From Bacteroidota bacterium (GTDB taxonomy: Bacteria; Bacteroidota; Bacteroidia; JADZBD01), in assembly GCA_040756415.1 (NCBI GenBank), contig JBFLYZ010000014.1, forward strand, positions 2,075 to 66,074: a DNA stretch of 64,000 nucleotides, in the 5' to 3' direction. The translations under genes were made by a program, and so were the position numbers. Under the pieces are notes generated by a model. It searched no databases and was not told the DNA's origin. It saw only the letters and a list, made by a program, of their open reading frames with translations. Numbering within the stretch: position 1 is the first letter of the stretch; each line of letters opens with the position of its first letter. Positions 47,644 to 57,400 of this stretch are shown here, one piece after another.

Positions 47644-48492
47644 ATGAAAAGATATTTCCTGTTTTCTTCCATCCTGCTTACCGGGGCATTAGCGCTTACG
47701 CTTCAGTCGTGCAAGAAAGAAGAGCCCGATACCGAGACCACCTCGGCAACGGATAACGCGATCTGCGAGGCCGAGTTCTCGCGCATCATGCCCGATGTGA
47801 ACGGCATCGCGGTGAACGAAGAGGGTATACAGCGCCTGCTGCCCGGTGTGGCATCGGCCTGCTATACGCTGAGCTGGTCGGGCGATACGGCCATGAGCAT
47901 ACCGGGTGTTACCGGCCATATGTACATCGATTTCGGCACCAACTCCACCTGCGCCAGCGCTGACGGCAAGATACGCTCGGGTATGATCGAGGTGATCTTC
48001 GACCAGGCCTGGAGAGCGGTCGGATCTTCGGATACCATCAAGCTGATCAACTTCAAGGTAAAGAACAATTCGACCCATGGCGGCATCCAGTACGATGGTA
48101 AGATCGTGATAGCCTGGCAGGACAGCGTGACCTATAATTACCAGGTGATCGGAGGCAAATGCACCAAGGGAAGCGAGTGGACCGTATTATGGGATTGCAA
48201 CCGCACCATGAAGTGGGTGGGTGGAGCTGGCGACAGTATACCCGGCAATGATGTGTTCCACATGTGGGGAAGCGCCAACGGCACCAACCGCGAGAGCAGG
48301 GACTTTACCGTTGACGTTCCCTCCGGGACGCCCCTGGTACGTACGGCAGGCTGCCGTTATATTACCAGCGGTGAGCTTACCATCACTCCTGACGGCAAGA
48401 ACGCCCGCACCGTTGATTTCGGTGACGGCACCTGCGATGACCGGGCTACCCTGATCATCAACGGCAATGCCTTCGAGTTTACGCTCAACTAA
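47644..48492 (+). CDS. Hypothetical lipoprotein
   Basis: Signal peptide plus lipobox (LALTLQSC). It is Cys-containing and Gly/Thr-rich, and a strong terminator follows. Confidence 0.5.
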   Translation: MKRYFLFSSILLTGALALTLQSCKKEEPDTETTSATDNAICEAEFSRIMPDVNGIAVNEEGIQRLLPGVASACYTLSWSGDTAMSIPGVTGHMYIDFGTNSTCASADGKIRSGMIEVIFDQAWRAVGSSDTIKLINFKVKNNSTHGGIQYDGKIVIAWQDSVTYNYQVIGGKCTKGSEWTVLWDCNRTMKWVGGAGDSIPGNDVFHMWGSANGTNRESRDFTVDVPSGTPLVRTAGCRYITSGELTITPDGKNARTVDFGDGTCDDRATLIINGNAFEFTLN

Positions 48493-48520
48493 GCAGGTCT
48501 TACTCCGATAAAAGCATTGA

Positions 48521-48549
48521 CCCTGAAGTAGTCTTACTTCAGGGTTTTT
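48521..48549 (+). terminator. Rho-independent terminator
   Basis: CCCTGAAGTAgtctTACTTCAGGGttttt, a perfect 10-bp stem. Confidence 0.7.
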
Positions 48550-48672
48550 CATTAGCCGAAGGCCCAAAAAATATCTACGAAAAGTAGCTTTTTTAGTCCG
48601 AATTTGTATATTTGGAAGATTTTTAAATAGGGGTATGAGAAAAATCCTATTTTTGCCTAATCCGACTGGGAT

Positions 48673-49215
48673 ATGTTAGATATTTACGATTTCTACGATA
48701 AGATGGAGCGCAACAATATCATGTTGTCCTTCAAGGGCGATATTACATCCGAGCTGCTCACATCTATCCTCCAGATCATGGAATCGAAGCTGGACAATAT
48801 GCAGGAGGAGCCCAAGGTAAAGAAGAAAGTGTACAATGTGCTGGTGGAATGCCTCCAGAACCTGTATCACCATATGGATGAAGTGGATTTCCCCTCATCG
48901 GACCGTTCGCGTTCGGCCATCTTCATGATAGGCAAGGTGGATAACCAGTACAACATCGTTACCGGCAACTACATCCGTGGCGAGAACGTGGAAACCCTGA
49001 AATCGCGCCTTGACGAGATCAATAAGCTGGACAAGGACCAGCTTAAGGAATATTACAAGGAAGTGCTGAACAACGGGGAGATGTCGCAGAAAGGCGGTGG
49101 GGGGTTAGGCATGATCGATATTGCGCGTAAAACTGGGCAGAAGCTGGATTACAATTTCATGCCCGTAGATAATAAATATTCATTCTTTAGTCTTAACATT
49201 AAAATTGCCCAATAA
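48673..49215 (+). CDS. SiaB-like GHKL-fold putative protein kinase (partner-switch kinase)
   Basis: 180 aa. The Gly-rich ATP-lid box EMSQKGGGGLGMIDIARKTGQKLDYNF resembles anti-sigma-factor-type kinases. The size and motifs match SiaB-family proteins. Confidence 0.6.
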   Translation: MLDIYDFYDKMERNNIMLSFKGDITSELLTSILQIMESKLDNMQEEPKVKKKVYNVLVECLQNLYHHMDEVDFPSSDRSRSAIFMIGKVDNQYNIVTGNYIRGENVETLKSRLDEINKLDKDQLKEYYKEVLNNGEMSQKGGGGLGMIDIARKTGQKLDYNFMPVDNKYSFFSLNIKIAQ

Positions 49216-49226
49216 AACCAATCAGT

Positions 49227-49607
49227 ATGGAAAAATTAACAATTGAAGGAACACCTAAGACTCCGACCGTAAACTTTGATTTTGAGAAAGGACATCTCGA
49301 GATCAAGGGCCGCTCGATCCCCGAGAACTCTATTGAGTTCTATAAGCCGATGGTGGAATGGCTCGAGAAGTACGCGGGCAAGCCCCAGAGCATGACCAAT
49401 GTGAACATACAACTGGAATACTTCAATACCAGTTCGTCAAAGTGCATACTGGATGTATTCAAGAAACTGGAGTCGATCAGCAAGGCCGGCAACCAGATCG
49501 TGATCAACTGGTATTACGAGCAGGATGACGAGGATATGCTCGAGGCGGGCGAGGACTACCAGGCCATTATCAACGTGCCCTTCAAGATGATCGAGATAGA
49601 AGGTTAA
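49227..49607 (+). CDS. DUF1987-like protein (SiaC-like partner-switch substrate)
   Basis: 126 aa, 11 bp after the kinase gene. The N-terminal TPKTPTVNFDFEKGHLEIKGRSIPENS is characteristic of DUF1987/SiaC-type proteins. Confidence 0.55.
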   Translation: MEKLTIEGTPKTPTVNFDFEKGHLEIKGRSIPENSIEFYKPMVEWLEKYAGKPQSMTNVNIQLEYFNTSSSKCILDVFKKLESISKAGNQIVINWYYEQDDEDMLEAGEDYQAIINVPFKMIEIEG

Positions 49608-49637
49608 TCCTTCTTCTTCCAAGATACCTATATGAAG

Positions 49638-49670
49638 GGGATAGAAGCTAAGCGCTTTTATCCTCTTTTT
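49638..49670 (+). terminator. Rho-independent terminator after the kinase/DUF1987 pair
   Basis: GGATAGAAGCtaagcGCTTTTATCC plus a T-run (10-bp stem with one G-U pair). Confidence 0.45.
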
Positions 49671-49831
49671 TATTGTCCTTATAGACTCATAGACTCATGC
49701 TGCTTTTCAGCAACTTAAGGCAGCAGAGCATCGCGTAGAGAAGTGCGAGGCCAATGCAAATGATCAGCCATTCTTTTTTCGTGTATTGCCTGATGAACTT
49801 TACCATCTCGTATGTCTAAGCAATGTATGAC

Positions 49832-50910
49832 TCATTCGGCAATTAGTTTTCCTGAGCTTATGTTGCCTTTTTGATCGGTTAAGGTATAAAAGTATAAACC
49901 AGGACTCAGGTTTGCGGGCTGAATTGTGTTTTCTCCTGCTTTGAGTTTATAGCGTCCCAATTCTTTACCAAGCATATCATAAAGGATGAGTTCGGATTCA
50001 GCCTGTATCTCAACGATAAAATTTGAGGTAAAAGGATTGGGGAATACAGTTATGTTCATGTCAGCATGATCTTTTCTACCTACCGGAGGCGGCCCACTCA
50101 GGCATAATATGCTGGTTTGCGGCTGCCAGGAGCCTACGGTAATAGTTATAGGAGAAGATGAAGCCACCCAGGCAGTATCAATGCCACCGGGGCCAATGGT
50201 CAATGTTGGAACAGCTATGCCTGGATTGGTATTCGTTTCATTGCAACCGCTTACGCCCACGGGATCTGTTTTTACGACCCATACATCGTAACCGCCCATT
50301 CCAAAGCTTTGCGACCCTCCCGACATTAGAAATCCACCATCATAGGCCCGGTAAATATAGGCGGCTTCATCGCTTGAATTCATAGGATTATTTTGAAGAT
50401 CACCGTACATTTTGGCCCACATCAGGTTGCCAGAACCATCGATTCGCATTAAAAACGAGCGTAAGCTGTTCTGGTATACATCGAAACCAACGGTATATCC
50501 TGTCACAATATAGCCAATCGCTCCAATCGCTTTCATGTCCATCGCCCATTCATAATCCGCGCCTCCATATGTTTTCGTCCATTGGACGTTTCCAGCGGCA
50601 TCCAGTTTCACCATCAGCAGATCAAATGAAGAAAACTGGGTAGATAAACCCGAAGTGCCCAATACAAGGAATCCTCCATCCGAAGCCTGTACTACATCAG
50701 CCGCCCATTCAATGGTGGTGGGCCGCCCCTTAAGAGAGGATTGGTCATATCATCCATTTGCAGAATATAGCCTCCATCAGAAGTAGGAACTACTTTCCCC
50801 CAGTCGTTAACGCTGCTGCCATAGGTACGTTGAAAGCGGATAGGTTGAGCACAAATCCCTGAAAAGAGAACTAAGGTTAAAATTAATGGTAGAACTCTGC
50901 TCATGACCAT
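49832..50910 (-). pseudogene. Decayed third copy of the T9SS propeller-protein family (N-terminal 72-aa fragment + C-terminal 276-aa fragment, about 170 codons missing, frame broken near 50665-50720)
   Basis: ORF 50692..50910 matches the N-terminus of 52535..54094 (AQPIRFQRTYGS…SDGGYI…MDDMTNP) and then goes out of frame. ORF 49832..50662 matches the C-terminal half, including the T9SS CTD. Confidence 0.55.
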
Positions 50911-50928
50911 TTGAGATTCAGTATCAAA

Positions 50929-52482
50929 TTAATGTATAATCATTTTCCAGAAATACATTTGATTGCCTTCTGTCAGTTTGAGAATGTAAATCCCATTAGA
51001 GACATTTTGTATATCTATTTCTTCGAGCCCGGTGATTTCGGTCTGGTATATGATCTTTCCCAGGGAATTGTAAATCTCTAATTTCCCATTGTCCGCCTTT
51101 AAGCTGAATATGCCTGTGTTCGGGTTAGGATAAGGAGGTAAACTGCCAGCATTTGTATATTCATTTTGTCCGTTCAGCGAACCGTTGAGGCATAGGATGG
51201 TCTTGACTGGCATCCATGTCCCGATAGCTACCGTATGCGGACTACTCGTGTAATACACCACGCTATCGTATCCTCCCGAGCTCAGGCTTAATGAAGGAAG
51301 AGTGACTGCAGGATTATTTACAATTTCGTTGCAGCCGCTTGTGCCGATAGGGTCGGTTTTGACAAGCCAGACATCTCTCGATCCGCTTCCAAAGCTTTCT
51401 GTAGTACCTGACATAAGGAAACCGCCATCATTCGTATAAGCCACATAGGCGGCCTCATCATACGAGTTTATAGGATTGGTAGCAAAATCCCCATACATCT
51501 TTGTCCAGACGGGTGTTCCTGAGCCGTCCGTCCGCATCAAAAATGAGCGGTTGCTATTCTGTTGCGGTCCTTCAAAACCTATAGTATAGCCGGTAACGAT
51601 ATATCCTATGGCCCCGGTCACTTTGAGATCTATTCCCTGTTCATAATCCGATCCTCCATAATTTTTTGCCCATTGTAAATTGCCCGATCCGTCAGTTTTA
51701 ATCAGCATCAGGTCGTAGGTCTGTGGCTGGTTGGATAAACCTGTATTGGCCAGTACCAGGTAACCTCCATCAGTTGTCTGAACGACTTTGGCCGGGTTTT
51801 CCAAAGTCGATGGGCGTCCGAATACTTTTATCCACTGTACGTTACCGGCCGGATCAGTTTTTACCAGCCGCAGGTCGCGATCAAGCGGCCCGCCCGAGGC
51901 ATACTGCATGGTCAGATCAAGGATAATATAGCCGCTGTCCGCAGTTTGCTGACCATATCCTGAACAGCAGCCGCCATTATAGATCTTAGACCATTGGATA
52001 TTGCCCGAAGAATCCGTTTTAATAAAATTTGTGCCTACTGCAGCATACCCACCGTCCAGTGTTTTGACAATATTGAAGCTGCTGAATAAGTTGCGCTTTA
52101 CCCATACGGTATCTCCTCCGCTGTCGATCCTTATCCACACCGGCACGGGATTCGGGCTCAGTGCATCCAGGCTTCCTGCAACCAAAAATCCTCCGTTATG
52201 GGCTTCTATCACCCTTATCCAGGCATCATCTGTATTTGCCGGGTTTCCGTAGGTTTTTGACCAGGTGATATTCCCTATCGAATCTAATTTAACGATGGAA
52301 ATATCCCTTTGCGAAGGGTTTGTTCCATCGTTCATGATAATGATATATCCTCCGTCAGAGGTGGGCGCAGCTTTGCCCCAATCACTGCCGGTGGTGCCGT
52401 AGGTAATTTGGAATTTGTTTACTTGGGAATAGGTAGTTAGCGACAACCCTAAAACAGGTAAAAAAAGGAAAAACCTTTTCAT
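50929..52482 (-). CDS. T9SS-secreted beta-propeller-like repeat protein (family copy 2)
   Basis: Signal peptide, a repeated (S/T)xDGG(Y/F) blade motif about every 50 aa, and a T9SS CTD (LPPYPNPNTGIFSLKA…GIYILKLTEGNQMYFWKMIIH). It sits in a region that is AT-rich relative to the window. Confidence 0.65.
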   Translation of the reverse strand: MKRFFLFLPVLGLSLTTYSQVNKFQITYGTTGSDWGKAAPTSDGGYIIIMNDGTNPSQRDISIVKLDSIGNITWSKTYGNPANTDDAWIRVIEAHNGGFLVAGSLDALSPNPVPVWIRIDSGGDTVWVKRNLFSSFNIVKTLDGGYAAVGTNFIKTDSSGNIQWSKIYNGGCCSGYGQQTADSGYIILDLTMQYASGGPLDRDLRLVKTDPAGNVQWIKVFGRPSTLENPAKVVQTTDGGYLVLANTGLSNQPQTYDLMLIKTDGSGNLQWAKNYGGSDYEQGIDLKVTGAIGYIVTGYTIGFEGPQQNSNRSFLMRTDGSGTPVWTKMYGDFATNPINSYDEAAYVAYTNDGGFLMSGTTESFGSGSRDVWLVKTDPIGTSGCNEIVNNPAVTLPSLSLSSGGYDSVVYYTSSPHTVAIGTWMPVKTILCLNGSLNGQNEYTNAGSLPPYPNPNTGIFSLKADNGKLEIYNSLGKIIYQTEITGLEEIDIQNVSNGIYILKLTEGNQMYFWKMIIH

Positions 52483-52534
52483 GTTTTTAAGGTTTATTTA
52501 AAGTAGCTTTTAATAGCCGAGCATTCGGTTCGCC

Positions 52535-54094
52535 TTATTCAGCGATCAGCTTTCCCGAACTGATCGTGCCGTTTTCACTTACGACTCTGTAAAAATACAA
52601 TCCGGCCTCCAGTTTGTCAGGCCTAATCGTGTTTTCACCAACATCCAATTTCCAGCGACCTTGCTCCTTTCCCAACATATCGTATAAAGCGAGTTCGGCC
52701 CCAGTCTTAGCTTTAATGGTAAAGGTCGAGCTAAACGGGTTAGGGTAAATAGCAATATCCGTTCTATTATTATCCTCAACTCCTACCGGGGGCGGCCCGC
52801 TCAGGCATAATATGCTGGTTTGCGGCTGCCAGGAGCCTATTGCCACCGTGACCGGGGAAGAAGCAGCCGGAACTGCTATAGATGTACCACCTGTTCCGAT
52901 GACCAATACAGGATTTGTAACGGTAGGATTGGTATTCGCTTCATTACAGCCGCTTACTCCCAAGGGATCCGTTTTAATAAGCCATGTATCATAACCACCT
53001 GCTCCAAAGTTTTGTGTGGCTCCAGACATTAAAAAACCGCCATCACTTGCGTTATAGATATAGGCTGCTTCATCAGATGAATTCATAGGGTTATTTTGGA
53101 TATCGCCATACATCTTAGACCACAAGGGGTTCCCCGATCCGTCAATTCGTAGTAGAAATGAGCGAAAGCTATTTTGTAATGATTCGAATCCACTGGTATA
53201 GCCTGTTATAATGTATCCTATGGCTCCTGTTACACTCACATCCACCGCCCAGTCTCCATTAGCGCCACCATACGTTTTTATCCACTGAACATTTCCAGAA
53301 GGATCGAGCTTTATGGCAATTATATCCCAGCTCCCAGCTCCATAACCATTACTGTAACCGAGTGCAAGGTAGCCTCCGTCTGTCGCCTGAACAATATCAG
53401 CCGCATATTCTATAGATGTTGGCCCGCCCAGCACTTTTGTCCACTGCACATTACCGTTCGAATCCGCCTTTATTATGTAAAAATCCTGATCACCTGAGCC
53501 CCCGGATGAAAATTGGACGGTTTCACCTAAAATGATGTAGCCTTTATCAGCACAATAGCCACCATACGAGGGACCGCTTGCACCCGTATAGGTCTTGAAC
53601 CACTGAATATTGCCAAATGAATCGGTTTTCATGAGATTGAAACTTACTTCAGCGTAGCCGCCATCGACTGTCTTTGTGAGATTATGCCCTCCCAGGCCTT
53701 TTTTGACCCAGAGTGTGTCTCCATAACTGTCTGTTCTGATCCAAACACTGATGGGGGTTCCCGTATTTACATTTAAAACTCCCGAAACCAGATATCCTCC
53801 ATTATATGCCTCTATGGCATAATTCCATGAATCATCGGTAGCTGAAGTGTTTGCGTAGGTCTTCTTCCACACTATATTCCCTACAGAGTCGAGTTTCATC
53901 AAGGCAATATCTCTTAGGGATGGATTTGTCACATCGTCCATAAGCATGATATAACCTCCATCTGAAACCGGTCTGGCCAATCCCCAATCGTTAGTTGTAG
54001 AACCATAAGTGCGCTGGAAACGGATAGGCTGAGCGGCAAGCCCTATAGAAATGACGAGGGTTGAAAGAAATAAGATAGTTTTATGGGTTTTCAT
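52535..54094 (-). CDS. T9SS-secreted beta-propeller-like repeat protein (family copy 1)
   Basis: Paralog of 50929..52482 with a T9SS CTD (IAIYPNPFSSTFTIKAK…GLYFYRVVSENGTISSGKLIAE). Confidence 0.65.
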   Translation of the reverse strand: MKTHKTILFLSTLVISIGLAAQPIRFQRTYGSTTNDWGLARPVSDGGYIMLMDDVTNPSLRDIALMKLDSVGNIVWKKTYANTSATDDSWNYAIEAYNGGYLVSGVLNVNTGTPISVWIRTDSYGDTLWVKKGLGGHNLTKTVDGGYAEVSFNLMKTDSFGNIQWFKTYTGASGPSYGGYCADKGYIILGETVQFSSGGSGDQDFYIIKADSNGNVQWTKVLGGPTSIEYAADIVQATDGGYLALGYSNGYGAGSWDIIAIKLDPSGNVQWIKTYGGANGDWAVDVSVTGAIGYIITGYTSGFESLQNSFRSFLLRIDGSGNPLWSKMYGDIQNNPMNSSDEAAYIYNASDGGFLMSGATQNFGAGGYDTWLIKTDPLGVSGCNEANTNPTVTNPVLVIGTGGTSIAVPAASSPVTVAIGSWQPQTSILCLSGPPPVGVEDNNRTDIAIYPNPFSSTFTIKAKTGAELALYDMLGKEQGRWKLDVGENTIRPDKLEAGLYFYRVVSENGTISSGKLIAE

Positions 54095-54420
54095 AAACTA
54101 AATGGAGTCTTTCCTTCAAAAAGAACTAAGATGGTTATTAGGTAAATTTAAATTAAAATCTGAAGTCCTGCAAATTTGACTATACCAATGGCTGAAGGAA
54201 AAGGCTCCTGCAAGGATTCTGCGAACAAAAACGGAGATATACGCTTATCGTAACTTCTCCGCATAGTTCTCCCTTACGTATTGGCTGATATAGGCCGATA
54301 ATCCCCGGCCCGCAAGGGCCAGGCGCTTCATAGCCCCTACGTGCTTTTTGCCGATCATCCCCGGTCTCATAAGCTGCTGCACCGGAGTTGCCGCTGAGGT
54401 TCTTATATCGTTTCATAAAA

Positions 54421-54458
54421 TGAAAAGCCCATCCGCCTGGGGCGTACGGGCTTTTCTT
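54421..54458 (-). terminator. Probable rho-independent terminator of the TerB-ABC transporter gene
   Basis: On the minus strand, AAGCCCGTACGCC-cca-GGCGGATGGGCTT followed by TTTT. It lies about 20 bp downstream of the stop at 54475. Confidence 0.45.
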
Positions 54459-54474
54459 ATCGTTAGAGTTCCGC

Positions 54475-57400
54475 TTACGGGCCTTTCTTCGCAAAGCGGG
54501 AGAAGAGGTTCTCGATACCGTCAAGCAGCTTCTTGAGCAGATCGTAATAGAGCGTAACGGCCAGGGTCAGCGACATGAGCCAGATCACCGACAGGTTCAC
54601 CCAATAGGTGTCGTAATAGCGGCCGAACACTTTTTTGCGCGGTGCGTAGAAATGCGATTTGAAATTCTCATCCGGGTCGAGGTACACCGGGTCCGCGCGC
54701 TGGATGAGCTGCCCGTCCTTCTCAATGATCTTATCCAGCTCGGTAGCGTTCTTCACCAGGTCGGAAAGGCTCTCGTTCTGGTAATCGTTCTTCATTTTCA
54801 GGAAGGCCTCCTTGTCGGCATCGCTGCGGTTGAGGTCGCCTATCTTTTTATCTTTCGCGTTGGCGTTGTCGTTGTATACCTTGATATAGTACTGGTTCAG
54901 GCGGGTCAGGTAATCGCGCGCGGCCTGGGCTACCTCGGGCGTAAAGGAAGCCAGCGTAAGCTTATCCGCCATGCCGAACTTGATCTTGGGCATGCGCTTT
55001 ACCTCCTTGCTGATCTCGTTCTTCAGCAGTTGCAGGTCGGCCGTGAGCTCGTCTTTGAGCTTGGCATCGCCCATGTCGCTCTCGCAGCGGTCGATCTTGG
55101 CGCGCAGCTTGGGGATCCAGAAGTTCTTCTTGAAATCGGCATAGCTTGCCCGCTTGTCAAAATCGTAAAACATCTTCTCGAACTTATTCGACTTGAACTG
55201 GTTCACCGCCAGCGCCTCAAAGGCCCAGCGCGATGCCATCACCTCGCCCGCTATGGGAACGTTCTTTTGCGAAGTGAGCACGGGGTTCAGCTTTTCGAAC
55301 TTCACGATCACACCGCTGAGCAGGAGCTGCGGAATGAGCAGGAAAGGGATAAGGATGTAAATCGTGACAGCGGAGTTAAAGCTGGCCGATATGTTCAGCC
55401 CGAGCATATTGGCGAAGCAGGCCGTGCTGAACAGCACGAACCAGTAATCGAACCACATGCCGCGTATGTCGAGTATCCAGTTGCCGATAAGCACAAAGGT
55501 CATGGCCTGTATGGCAGAAAGGGTGAACAGGATGGTGATCTTCGAGAAGAGGTAGCTGATGCGGCTCAGGTTGAGGAACGACTCGCGCTTCTGTATCTTG
55601 CGGTCGCGTATGATCTCCTCCGCGCTCACCGTAAGGCCGATGAAGAGGGCCACCACCACGGCCATAAAGAGGTAGGCGGTAAGGTTGGAGTTCTCGCGGA
55701 ATACGTAACCGATCTTGTTGCTCTCGTCCGTATTGTAATATTTCACCAGGTAGGCCAGGATGAAGGCGAGCAGGGGAGCCTCCAGCAGGTTGATCACCAG
55801 GTATTGCGTATTGGTGAGCTTGGACTTCACATCGCGCGTGGCGTAGATCATGAACTGCTTGATGCGGTTCGGTATCCTGAAGGTGCTGGCCGGTATCTCG
55901 GTATGCGAAGAGATAGGCTCGATCTTGGACTCGATCTGCATGCGGTAATGCTCGTTCCATTCCGCGGGCGACATCTTGCGGTTGGGAGTAAGGTTGCCGT
56001 ATTCGTCCAGTACCTTGCTCTCGATGATGTTGAATATCTGCTCGGGGTTCACGTTACCGCATTCGGGGCATTCGCTCAGGTCGGCATTGGCATGGTTGAC
56101 CAGCCTCTTGAAGTAGATCACCCCATCCACCGGGTTGCCGTAGTAGATAGGGTATCCGCCCACATCGAGTATGATGAGCTTGTCGAACATTTTGAAGATC
56201 TCTGAAGAGGGCTGGTGGATGACCACGAACACCAGCTTGCCTTTCAGCGCAAGCTCCTTCAGCAGGTCCATGATGTTTTCAGAGTCGCGCGATGAAAGCC
56301 CCGATGTAGGCTCGTCAACGAACATGACGTTGGGTTCGCGTATCAGCTCCAGGCCTATGTTCAGGCGCTTGCGCTGCCCGCCCGAAATGGTCTTGTTGAG
56401 GGGGTTGCCCACCTTCAGGTCTTTCTTCTCGTACAGGCCCAGGTCCATCAGCACCTTATCGACCATCTCCTTGATCTTGCTGTCGGGCAGGTTGCCGAAG
56501 CAGAGCTTGGCGTTATAGAACAGGTTCTGGAATACGGTCAGCTCTTCGATCAGCAGGTCGTCCTGCGATACGTGGCCGATCACGCCCTCTATCTTCTTGC
56601 TTTCCGTATGGATGTTGATGCCGTTGATGTACACGCCACCGCCACTGGGCGTCTCCATGCCGTTGAGCACGTTGAGCAGGGTGGATTTTCCTGCTCCCGA
56701 GCCACCCATGATTCCGATAAGCTTGCCCGATTCCTCGCGGATGTTCACATTGCGGAGCCCCAGGTTGCCGTTCTTGAACTTGTAATCCAGGTTACGGGCC
56801 TCGAACGATATCTTGGAGCTGGACTCATCGCTCAGGAACTTGCCGATGATGTCGGAATAATAGATGGGAGCGACCTTGGAGCTGCGTATGGAAGAACCCT
56901 CGGTAAGGATGTACACTTTGCCCTGGCTGAGGATCTGCCCGTTCATGTACAGGTCGCTGTTGCCGAAATAAAGCACGGCATAGAGGTTCACGCTCTGTAT
57001 CCAGAGCACGCGCACCTCCCCGTTGATGTTCTCGGAAAAGATATGGCGGGCCTCTTTGTAGCGGTCCTCGCGGTTGCTGTCGATGATCAGGATCTGGGGC
57101 TGGTCGGGCACCTCGGTGGCGCTGTTCTGCACGAAGGCCATGCAGCGCTTGAATTCACCCTCTTCAATGTTAAAGGTCTCGGCCACGGTGGCCACGAACT
57201 CGAGCTCCTGCTCGGATATCTCGTTGCTGGAGTGGATGAACTCGAGGAGACGGATCAGTACTACCAGCTTTTGTTTCTGCGCCAGCTCGGAATTGATCTG
57301 CGTGCATATCTTCAGCACTTTTACCGAGTTCAGCGAGGTGCGCTTCTGGGTGCCGTCCTTTTTCTTGGTAACCTGGTGGTGGGCGTCAAGGAACTCATCG

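Noticed and set aside
49681-49697. ATAGACTC x2 tandem 8-mer after the SiaC-like gene.
   Set aside because: Only two copies, too short to be meaningful, and likely part of the terminator-distal spacer.
54180-54524. 114-aa minus-strand ORF in the spacer between the ABC gene and the propeller gene.
   Set aside because: It is Arg/Pro/Gly-rich with no hydrophobic core. It overlaps the ABC gene's stop and putative terminator, and is better explained as non-coding structured DNA (see the finding above).
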